From Podarcis liolepis (taxonomy: Eukaryota): 64,000 nucleotides of DNA. This document shows positions 13,714-24,340 of the stretch, piece after piece. Location of the stretch: NCBI GenBank assembly GCA_965112155.1, contig OZ218109.1, one strand, 5' to 3'. Positions within the stretch are counted from its first letter, which is position 1; each line of letters begins with the position of its first letter. The position numbers were made by a program, and so were the translations under genes. The notes beneath the pieces are model-generated. The model was not told where the DNA came from, made no database searches, and was given only the letters and a program-made list of their open reading frames with translations.

Positions 13714-14250
13714 CAGTGGTACCTCAAGTTACAAACGCCTCAGGTTACAAACACTTCAGGTTACAAACTCCGCTAACCTGGAAGAGTTACTTGAGTTGAG
13801 AACTTTGCCCCTAGTTAAGAAAGCACACCTCTAGTTAAGAACAGTCTCAGTTTAAGAACAGACCTCCGGAACAAATTACCGTATTTTTCGCCCTATAGGA
13901 CGCACTTTTTCCCCTCTAAAAATGTGCGTCCTATGGGGCGAATGCGCACCGACCCCTCTCGCTCTCCAGGCTTCAGGAAGCTATCCACAAGCCTTGGGAG
14001 CCCGCGGGAGTTCCCGCCGGGCTCCCTAGGCTTGCGGATAGCAGCCTGCATCCCGAAGCCTGGGGTGCGCTGGGGCGGGTTCTCCCAAGGCTTGCGGATA
14101 GCAGCCTGTTCTGGGGGCTGGGAGGGAAATAATATTTTTTTCTTTATTCCCCCCCCCCCCAAAAAAAAAACAACAACTAGGTGCGCCCTATGGGCCGGTG
14201 CGCCCTATAGGGCGAAAAATACGGTAAGTTCGTAACTAGAGGTACCACTG
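13714..14250. mobile_element. Tigger/pogo-like MITE hosting a nested MITE
   Basis: TIRs cagtggtacctc...gaggtaccactg with TA flanks; same family as 59263-59493. Confidence 0.9.
13879..14224. mobile_element. Tc2-like MITE nested in the Tigger-like MITE
   Basis: Perfect TIR ccgtatttttcgccctatagg / cctatagggcgaaaaatacgg, with TA duplicated at 13877-78 and 14225-26. Confidence 0.9.
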
Positions 14251-15084
14251 TACGTTAATTTTATTTTTGATAACTGTTACAGAAATTAGCGGCCTTTGAG
14301 TGGTCCACAGAAGCATGATTTGCAGACTAATTCTCACACCATAGTGTTCATTCATAATGTATGCCAACAGTTGTCATACTGTGCAGACATGTCACAGATC
14401 ACTTTTCAGTCACAGCACTCCATTGTATTTAAGAAGTGCATTTCCCTCTAATGCTAGCCATGCCCATCAACAGATAATGAAACCCGGCATGTGTTAAATG
14501 TATCACTTGGTAATTACCAGGGAAACTGATTGTCTGAAGATGGCCTCCTCTCTGAAAATCAGACACTAGGTATTCTTGCTTTCAGCAAGATATTATTAGC
14601 ATGTTGTGGATCGGGAAGGAATTCTTGCGTAAACAGATTTCCTGGTGATTATGGGGTTTTTTGTCTTAAGGAAAGATAAAAGCTCCAGAACCTCCAGGCA
14701 TCTGCTTATATAAAAATTCCTTCCCAAGCCACAATGTGGCAATATTTCCCTTGAGGCTTGAGAGCAAGAACGTTCAGTTGGTGTATAAACCAAGTGCACT
14801 GGAATAGACAGGCCCAGTTTGTCTATAGAGCAAGTGGAATATTTGATTGAACTCTCAGCCTGGGGCAGAACTGTGTGATCATTTGCTGGTGCCCCATGCT
14901 CTATAACACTATCCCGAAATGCTGCTCTTTTAGCAATATACAATGACTTCTCTGCTGAGTGTGTTGGCCTTGTCTGTGAACTCAGCTAGGTGTGGCAATT
15001 TAGGTGCTACACCCTGGTAACAGACTCTAATTTTATTTTATTTTATTTATTAAATTTATATAAATGCACCGTGTCTTTTAATTA

Positions 15085-15409
15085 CCGTATTTTTTGCTCT
15101 ATAAGACACACTTTTTCCCTCCTAAAAAGTAAGGGGATATGTGTGTGCGTCTTATGGAGCGAATGCAGGCTGCGCAGCTATCCCAGAAGCCAGAACAGCA
15201 AGAGGGGTCGCTGCTTTCGCTGTGCAGCGATCCTTCTGGCTGTTCTGGCTTCTGGGATAGCAACGCAAAGCCTCTTCAGGGCAGCGGGAAGAACGATCCC
15301 TCTTGCTGTTCTGGCTTCTGGGATTCAGAATATTTTTTTTCTTGTTTTCCTCCTCCAAAAACTATGTGCGCCTTGTGGTCCGGTGCGTCTTATAGAGCAA
15401 AAAATACGG
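15085..15409. mobile_element. Tc2-like MITE
   Basis: Perfect 23-bp TIR ccgtattttttgctctataagac, TA flanks, and internal repeats ctgttctggcttctgggat. Confidence 0.9.
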
Positions 15410-17497
15410 TATATGGGCAAGTCTGAAAATGGTGCTTTGGATTAAGGCAAAATCCTGCTCTTGCTCTTCTGAGTTGGTGTAGTCGCTGACCATGTTGCAA
15501 AATCCTACCTTGGGAGTTATGTGATTCTGTGGATTTTGTGCTTTATATGTAGAAACCTAGTATTTTTTATTATTATTTTTAAATGGAATTCAAGCAAGAA
15601 AATGAAATGTTTTTACAAGTTACATTGAGAGGTCAGAGGGTGAGGGGTGACTGGCAAGATGGCTTATTCAGTGCATTAGTCTAACACAAATACTTCCTGA
15701 AGTATGAAATGCTTTGATCTGCATTAGCATGTACCATATGTGTGCAGCTGTGATCCGTGTTTCCCAACCACTGGAAGGTTAGTGAAAGGTAGAATATAGG
15801 TCTTAAGTCTGTGTTCAATTTCTGCTTTTATATTCAGCAGTTCATAATTTTATGTAATACTGGAGCTGTATGAAAAATATGCACAAGGGCTGAGTGATAA
15901 CAGATTTTTTTGTGGTTCATTTCAATGTTGTTTGGGTGGATTCAAAATACTCAGGGCTGCAGGCTGAGAAGAAAAAGGGTTTTAATTAAGGCTATGTGAC
16001 TTCAAAATACCCGAGGCTACATTAAAAGTTTGGGAAGCTTTTCAAAATGCGAGGTTCTGTGTAGCTCCTTTAAGATAAATGTTTAAGCAGTTGTGTCACA
16101 GGCTAGCTGCCGCAAAATTGCAACAACCTTTTATTGGTGGCGAGCATAGATTTTAAGTAGGCATACTGCCATGTGGTTGATTCTGTACTAAGAGTATTTC
16201 CATGGGCAGCGGGGGGCGAGGAGCTGGATTTGGCTGATCACACCGTAAAAGAAAAATTGGGCTGTTGGTTGTCAGAAAACTGATGACAGGCCACAGTTTT
16301 TAAAAGAATTTATCTGAAATCACAACCCTGAATGTTTGCACCTGCAAAACCGACTAATATTTTTTCCACTGACTGTATAACATCAAGTTTTAGGGAAATT
16401 CACCAATGCAGTGGTTGGCATTTCCTATCCTAAGCATCTATGAGCTTAAAGGTTTTAGGTTTCTGCTGAAAAGAACAGTCCCATCTTGAATTCCCACCCC
16501 CACCCCCTAACATTTAACATAATGTAACATAATGCATTGTAAGTCACTTGGAGACATTGGGTAGCAAGCAACTAACAAGCCTAATACAATAGTAATAATA
16601 ATCAAATAATAATTAATAGCAGACTTACTCTTCCTGTTTCCTCGTATTTCTCCATCACCACCATCAGCAGCCAGTGATGTGGAGCTGGGACAGAGCAGCA
16701 TTTTAGTGTCAGCCTTTTGTTGAGCCTCACATCTCATTTCTGCCCTTATGGGCACTCCACATGCTACTGAGCTTTTGCCTACACGGCAATTAATGCCCAT
16801 GTAGATGTGAGTTGTTTTCTGATATGGCTACACAAAATTTGACAGCCCCTTTCTGTACTGGCTACCCCATCTGTGTGCCTTCAGCAGAAAATAACATGTC
16901 ACGATACATGCATAACAAAATAGTTTTCCTAAGTGGAAATTTATCTCCACTTAGGAAAAAGTGATACATGGCATGGCAATAAAATTCAGCTGTTGGAAGA
17001 CTCTGACCCTGGAATCAGCTTTATCTTTGTGAATAATTTTGTGGAACAAACATAAGAGCAGTCACACTGGGTCATGCTAATGAATTATCTCACCCCAAAT
17101 CCATTCTTCGACCAGTGACAATATCTGGATGTTTCAATCATGACATTTAATAAGGGGGGGGGTCACTCTTTGCTTCAAACAACCTTTCTGAGAAATAGCC
17201 TGTGTTTTCTGCCTAACAACCATTGATATGCTTATCTTAAATACATCTGTTTAGCCCTTTTTGGAACTCTGTTATCCTTTTGGCCACCTTTCGTTCTGTG
17301 GATGGATTCTTTTGAGAATCCAGCCTTGCAAACTCCGTTCCAGAGCTGCAGAACATATGGCTATTTTCATTCATTACTGGATATGTTTCTCTAGGCATGT
17401 TATTTTAAAATAATTTATTTTCGGTATAATGGTTTTGGTTTGGAGCTCCTTCTCATTTCATTTTTCTTTCTCTTGCATGTTGTTATTTTTTAACAAG

Positions 17498-17611
17498 CTT
17501 CTGCTGGGTATGGCAGGCTCCACGGACGAAACGCTTCAGGAAGCAGCAGCTGGTTGCATAGCAAACATCCGAAGGCTGGCTCTAGCTACAGAGAAAGCAA
17601 AGTACGGCTGA
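17498..17611 (+). CDS. ODAD2: ODAD2/ARMC4 last coding exon
   Basis: Polypyrimidine tract and acceptor ...ttttttaacaag|CTT, then [37 protein letters not shown]. This matches the ARMC4 C-terminus and joins in frame to the exon ending at 187. Confidence 0.95.
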   Translation, partial: LLLGMAGSTDETLQEAAAGCIANIRRLALATEKAKYG

Positions 17612-17914
17612 AACTCCAAACACAGTTTTCACCACGTCCTCTGAACTTTCCTTTTTAGTGCTGCAGCCTGCAAGCTCAGAGTGGGCAGACACTGGATTAG
17701 AATGCCTCAGAAATGTGCATTTGGGTTATTTTTACGGCTGATTTACATCTGATCAGAATTAACACAAGAAGTAAATAGGGAACAAAATTTGGAAAAATCC
17801 CTTAATTTAATTTACCATACTATTTTTTCAGTCCCTCTTTTAGTCCTTTTTTTTTTTTTACTTTATCTAAAGTTGCACCAAAAAATGTAAGTTTAAGAAC
17901 ATTGCCTCTCCACA

Positions 17915-17918
<4 letters not shown>

Positions 17919-17966
<48 letters not shown>

Positions 17967-17972
17967 CGTGTG
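17919..17972. repeat. (TG)n/(CG)n microsatellite in the ODAD2 3' UTR
   Basis: Visible directly in the sequence, just upstream of AATAAA. Confidence 0.9.
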
Positions 17973-17982
17973 ATGGGCATAT

Positions 17983-17988
17983 AATAAA
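17983..17988 (+). terminator. Probable ODAD2 polyadenylation signal
   Basis: AATAAA ~370 nt after the stop codon, followed by a GT-rich downstream element (ctgtgtgtggttgt) at ~18003. Confidence 0.65.
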
Positions 17989-20585
17989 GATGTTTTCCCT
18001 TACTGTGTGTGGTTGTAGCCTCATTCCTGGGCGTCTCGAGCAATTCTTTTCTTGCTAAACCTGTCTAATCATTCTGTCATTATGGCTTTGCTTGTTTGAG
18101 TGCTTACAAATCTCCAGAGAGGACGGCATACACCGCATGCCCCAGCTTCACATCTGGAAATGCACAAGTACTTCAAACAGACGGAATTGTCCACATGCTT
18201 CCAAGACTTCCCCAAATATCACTTTAGTTCTAGCAGCGCTAAAGAAATCACTTAATTGGATTAGAGTCACGTTATGAACATGATTAGAAGATCAAGTGTT
18301 AAAACTCCCAACTAGATTCACTAAATGAGAAGAATACAACAAACAAGTATTTTAGGCTTTCCCGTTGGAACTCTCTCGTTGTCGTTTCCCTCTTCTGACT
18401 CAAAGCACATCTACAGTACAAATGCACCCTGTGTTATTTTACCATTCTATCATGGCTCCCCCCCCCCCCCAGTACCATGGGAAGCAGAGAGAATCTTTAG
18501 AATTCTTTCTTGAAAATCCCTAGTTCTCCCCCCAGTTTCCAGAATTGCTTCAGGTGAGTGGTTGTTAGACACTTTGTCTGTGTTGTAGATATGCCCAAAG
18601 TCTGTGTTCCTGATATGGCGCCTGTTGATGCAGGACAGGGACTGTGCTATTTTTATTCATTTGTAAGCCTCTCTGGGAGCAGTCTGCATCACCGTGGACA
18701 CTGAGAGCCCCAGTAGGCAGTAGCTTTATCCTACATATTGCATGGGATAATAAACCATAAATAACCTTATAAAGCAATCTCTGCTGCTTCCATTTTTATT
18801 TTTTTCATAAACTAAAACATTCTTTTTGGATTGTTATCAGAATGCTTACAGGATTCTGCACTCCTTTCCAGGGCCGGCCCTACCATTTCACGTCGTGAGG
18901 CAGCCCACCTCAGACTGCAGATCTTGGGAATACCTTTAAGGGGACAGAGTTCATTACTCAGTTTATTATTTGACTATCATCAGTGGTGACACCATTTTTA
19001 TTTTCTATCTATAGCATCAAAATGTCTTGGAGCAGTTCTGTCCTCTGATTTTTCTTTAAGTTTATTTTTCAAATCTAAATTCTAGTTGGCAGGTGGTTGG
19101 CAACATTCATTTTATTCTCAAGAGTTGAGGCTTTCAGAATGCGTTTGGTATCTTTTCCAATTTGCTTGGGTCAGTTTCTTGGTGAGTGTAAATCAACAAA
19201 ACCCCAGTAGATGTCAAAACCACTAAGCCTTCTTTCATTAAGAAGCTGGGGGTGGGGGGGTGGGCGATATCTTTACCATTCACAAAACCATTCTCCTAGG
19301 GAAATACTATAGCACTTTAGGAAGAGAGTTAACAGAGAGGACTTTCCCTCCTTTGAACTGAAGAGAAATACTTGAGCTTTCACCACAAATGTCTGTCAGC
19401 AGACAAGAAAGCCTTTCTTTTATCACTTCCTGCTTGTGTGATTTATTACTTGATGACAGACACTCATTATCAACTAATCAATTGTCCCAGGATGCTCAAA
19501 TAGGCACTGAAATGTGAGCTTTATATTCATTTCCCCTTAAAGTTCAAGCGTATGAAAATATGTTATGACCCACTTACACACTGTTTTATCTTGCTCTTGT
19601 TAAGGAAATATCAGATGTGTATGTATACTAACCATTTTAACATTTCATCTTTCTTTATCTCAGGAAATAGGGTCCTTGAATAGAAATTCAGACATCCTCA
19701 CGGGCATGTGGTAGGTTTAAAAGCACTAGTATGTGTAGGTGATCTTTAAAAAAAATAAAAAATAGAAGCAGCAGTAAAGAAACTGGTTTCCTCTTTTTTT
19801 TTATGACTGCACAATTATCAGAATGATAGGCATCTGCCAATGGGTATCACAACAATGATGGCTGATTCTCACATGCCTGCACATCACACCTCATTGCTTC
19901 ATTACTGTATCATGGCTGAACACGTGAACAGGAGCGGACTTTGGTTTTTCAGATTTCAGTGGCGCCCTGCGCGAGGCCAAAATTCCCCAATCCACCTCTT
20001 GATTTCTATTTTGTTCAGTTCACTACGTCATAGTTGCAGTGCCCTGATCCAGTGCAGCAGAGCTGGATGGGCTGCCCTAAATTCGCCTCTGATGTGAACT
20101 GTGTCCATTGATCCTGTGTTTTGGGTGAGGTGAGAGGAAATGAATTAAAAGCTCTGCCTGTGGTACTTTATATGTGATGCACAAATTAATCTGTGTAATG
20201 AGGTCATTTGTGGAGGTTTGCCTTAGGGTAGCCCCCATAATCTGATAAGAGGTGTGGGAAGACGGGAGAGAGAGAGAAGGCCTCCTTCATTGTCCCACCT
20301 TTAATATTCCTCTCTCCTGAAGGCCTATTATGTTATTTTTCCTGTTCCAACTAAGACACTTTTTGTTTCACAAAGCCTTTTAAAAAGCTGCTACTCAAAT
20401 GCTGCTCTTAAATTGATGATTCATTATTATTTTTGCAACTAATGCTTTTTTAAAAAAATGACATTATGTTTTGTAAACTGCCCTGGGAACTTTATGTTGA
20501 AAGTGTGGCATAGATGAGGCAATTCTTGATATTATAATCATTAATCAATCAAGACCACTAGACTACCCCTCAACATTTCAGTAAG

Positions 20586-20587
<2 letters not shown>

Positions 20588-20628
<41 letters not shown>
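20588..20628. repeat. (AG)n microsatellite
   Basis: Visible directly in the sequence. Confidence 0.95.
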
Positions 20629-20630
<2 letters not shown>

Positions 20631-22325
20631 ATATGTATTTGTCTATTCCTTGCTTATTCCACCCTTCCTCTGCCTACACCTTCTGTTCTGTCTGCCTCAC
20701 TGGCTATTTCTGCTGCTCTTTCTTTCTGGTTCGAAGGTGCTTTCCTACTGCCTTCGCTGTCTGCAGGCATTTCAACTCCCTTGCTTTTCCCACTCCTACC
20801 AATATAATAATCTGGAAAGCGCTCGGCTGGCACAAACCCTTTTTTCACTTCAATTAAGCTCTTTGTCTTTCAAATAACAGAAATAGTAGTTAGGGTGACA
20901 TCATGTCACATCTCTTGCCAACCGTGGTGGCAATCCTGAAGCCGCTTGCCCCAGCCCAGCTCAACATTTCTGCGCTGGCTGTTTTCATAGTTGACTTCCA
21001 AGATTTGGAAAGCAAACTGCTCCCCAGCCGAAAAGCTGCGGTCTCCTTGTCTGTCATCTCTTAAGCTTTTCTGCACACTCCCCTGGATTCGGGAATAGCA
21101 GAGCGGGAGAGAGATTGTGTGGCTCAGCCACACTTATGGCTCAGACAGCCCAACCCCACTCTAGGGCTTTGGTGACCTGCCTTTTACCTTTCAAGGGCCA
21201 AACCCTAGGTTAGCCTCATTACACACATACACACACTTTAAAAAATAACCCCCCCCAAAACCCCTTGTGGAATTAGGCCAGGAGAATTTTTTGGCCCAAA
21301 CCTAGCAGACTAACGGGAATCATTTCTGTTGTCATTCCTCCGGCACTGTATAGAATTTCTCACCAAGAAGAAAGATAAAGACTCACCAATTATATTTTAC
21401 AGCTCTGGCTAGGCTATAATGTTCTACACCACTCAGCACTGTGCCGTTCTTATCAAGATGCTGAAGGCAGCATACTAGCACTTCTCCTGGAAGGAATCTG
21501 TCTGTCCCATTTTAATAGGCTACTCTTAACAAGCTGATTCCGCCCCCACCCCCCACCCCCGGTCACCTTCACTTTTTAATCAAACCCTATCTTAAAGCTT
21601 GATGGGTCAGAACAGATGCCTATTTTATGTAAGCGAGGGAGCCTTGTGGGTTACGCTCTGTGTTAGTATTTGTTCTAGTTTTACTTCTTTGTTCTGTGCC
21701 AGACACCCTTTTGCTAGACAGTTCCTTGCCAGCTCCTGCTGTTATTTTTGGCAACGCAGATGTTTTATCCAAATTTACATGAAATACAAGTAACTTGTGT
21801 GTTTCATCTTTTCTGTGTGTTTTTTTAAAAACAAAAACAAGAGAAAACAAAGACTGTAGTCAATTGTACAAATCTCCTTCTTCTCCAAAGGTCCCAGGAA
21901 TCCCGCACATGAGAGCTCTGCATCAGGTAACAGATTTATTAATCTTAGGTTATTCCTAGAAGAGCCTTATGAAGAAAGCTTCGCACTCAAAGGAAGCATA
22001 ATGGATGCACGGCGAGAGGGGCAGTTAGTCCACGTGACCTTTTTTTGAGATGGAAAAGTCACCACAAGGTGACCCAATATATGCATTCAAAAGTGGATTT
22101 GTGAAAGCACCTTATTTTATTAAGCAAACACTTTCTGCATCGGATCTGCATGGGGGGTGGGTCACCCAGTGTGGAAAAAGCTTTGGCCTTCTCAAGCAAG
22201 GTCTGCTTGGCACACCAGCTCTGGCAGTGCTATGTTAAGTATAATTGCTTAATTGGCAGTGAAATGGAGAATGCATATGTGTATTGCTGAAAGGGTTTAA
22301 CTGGGAGATGTCATTGAAGCTAAAG

Positions 22326-22571
22326 AGGAGTTTGGATTTGATATCCTGCTTTATCACTACCCGAAGGAGTCTCAAAGCGGCTAACATTCTCCTTTCCCTT
22401 CCTCTCCCACAACACACACTCTGTGAGGTGAGTGGGACTGAGAGACTTCAGAAAAGTGTGACTAGCCCAAGGTCACCCAGCAGCTGCATGTGGAGGAGCG
22501 GAGATGCGAACCCGGTTCCCCAGATTACGAGACTAGCCCAAGGTCTTAACCACTACACCACACTGGCTCTC
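22326..22571 (-). mobile_element. tRNA-derived CORE-type SINE (Squam3-like)
   Basis: The reverse strand reads gagagccagtgtggtgtagtggttaag (A box)...gggttcgcatc (B box)...gctgggtgaccttgggctagtcac (MIR/CORE-like). Same family as 26076-26269. Confidence 0.8.
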
Positions 22572-23857
22572 ACCAGTGAGAAAAACAATAGGAGCTCTCT
22601 AAACTCCTAGGCAGGTTGATAATCAACTGTTATTGTTCTCTGGTATCTCTGATGAGGTATTTAACTTTAGATCACATGGGAGGCTATTAAATTGCAAGTT
22701 CGCCATCTTGGAAGGGTAGTGGGTTGGAGTCTTTGTTCCCAGGCTCCGTGGAAGTAGGATGTAAATAATGAAGTTCTTCAGGAGCACACGGCCTCAGGCT
22801 GTGGAGGCGTCTGGGACAGGGGAGAGATAGAGTTTTGATCTCAATCCTGTTTAAAGTTCTTTTCAAGAATTTGTTGGATGCATCTTTGATGTTATTGTTC
22901 TGTTTTGAGGAAAGTTCTGCCAATAAAGTTGTGAATAAACTGCAGTCATTAAGATTTGAATTTGGCCACCGCTGCAATCAGGTAACTCGTGCAAAGGGGG
23001 ATCCAAGATATAGATATGATGGTTGAATCTGCACAGAGTTCTCTGGTAGCTGGCTTCTACTAATGTGGTCACCGGCCCATGTGAACCACTAAAGGCATCT
23101 TTGCAGGCACCTCATGGCTCCCCTTCAATGGCATAAATTGAGCTCTCATTGCTATGGTGCTCCCAGTGGCAACCAAGGATCAAAGCATAGGCCATCCTAC
23201 AGGGTAGCCAGTCCCAGTCCGCTGAGGCCACGAGAGTAAATTCAGCAGTACCTTTCCGACAATGTGTCTTAATTCAGTTTTCTAGAGGAGAAAGTCTGAA
23301 AATTCATGGCAGCAGCAGTAGTGTGGTCCAGATCCTAGTTGCATGTGCATGTGAGCATTTTTAATTTCCCATCTAGTTTTCCAACCCTTAAAATGTGGAG
23401 TCTGGGTCTTGCCTCCTACCAGCTACCTGCCCACCCCCATTTTACAGCAAAAGTCATTTTAATGTTAGAAGTCAGCAGATGGGATGCAAACAACTAGCTC
23501 TAAAGTATCGTTCAGCTGGCGTGAAAACGATTCCACTGCAGAAGTGTTACATATATAATGAATGGACCCTCAGGCTGCCACTGCTCCTTCTGCATCTAAT
23601 AGAAAAATAGTGTGCGGCAGAGAATGTGTTCATTGTCCATTTCAATCAGTCCAATATCCTCTTACTTATGAGTTTCCTAAGTTGCTGTTATGGTACTGTT
23701 TCCATTTTAATTCCTCAAAGGACAATTCACTTTTGTGTTATCCTCACCCTGTTGGGGAACACAAACATGAGAGGGGAGGGAAATGATGTTTGTAGATATT
23801 CTTTCCTAGTATTTACACAGGAACTTGGCCTCAAACACTTGGGCAGCTTTGAATCAC

Positions 23858-23990
23858 AGAATTAAAGAATTGTAGAGTTGGAAGGGACCCTGAGAGTCAT
23901 CTAGTTCGACCCCCTGCAATGCAGGAATCCCTAGTAAAAGCATCCATGACAGATGGCCATCCAACCTCTGCTTGAAAACCTCCAAGGAAG
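23858..23990 (-). mobile_element. CR1 3' terminal piece
   Basis: gtagagttggaagggaccc...gtcatctagttcgaccccctgcaatgcagg...catccatgacagatggccatccaacctctgcttgaaaacctcc, homologous to 8226-8355. Confidence 0.85.
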
Positions 23991-24062
23991 TTTGTTAGGG
24001 GTAAACTACAGATCCCAAGATTCTATGGGAGGGTGCTTTAAAGGTGTGCTGTATACACAGCC

Positions 24063-24340
24063 TAGTTGAGGGAACTGGGTACAGTATGTTTAGCCTGGTA
24101 AAGAAGAGGCTGAGAGGAGATATGATAGCCATCTTCAAATATCTAAAGGCCTGTCATATGGAGGATGGAGTAAGCTTGTTTCCTTCTGCTCTGTAGATTA
24201 GGACCAGTACCAACAGCTTCAAATCACAAGAAAGGAGATTCCAACTAAACATCAGGAAGAACTTTCTGGCAGTAAGAGCTGTTTGACAGTGGAATGGACT
24301 CCCTTGGAAGGTGGTAGACTCTCCTTCCCTGGAGCTTTTT
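24063..24340 (+). mobile_element. CR1 ORF2 C-terminal piece, opposite orientation to the adjacent piece
   Basis: Reverse complement of the CR1 region at ~8360-8595 (aaggagattccaactaaacatcagg...gtaagagctgtttgacagtggaa). Confidence 0.85.

Noticed and set aside
17429-17497. ORF-track N-terminal extensions of real exons (also 54427-54542 and 55452-55470)
   Set aside because: Intronic read-through outside the canonical splice sites.
22575-23050. Possible decayed L1 ORF1/ORF2 junction on the minus strand
   Set aside because: Only faint motif resemblance across frameshifts; it cannot be supported without a profile search.
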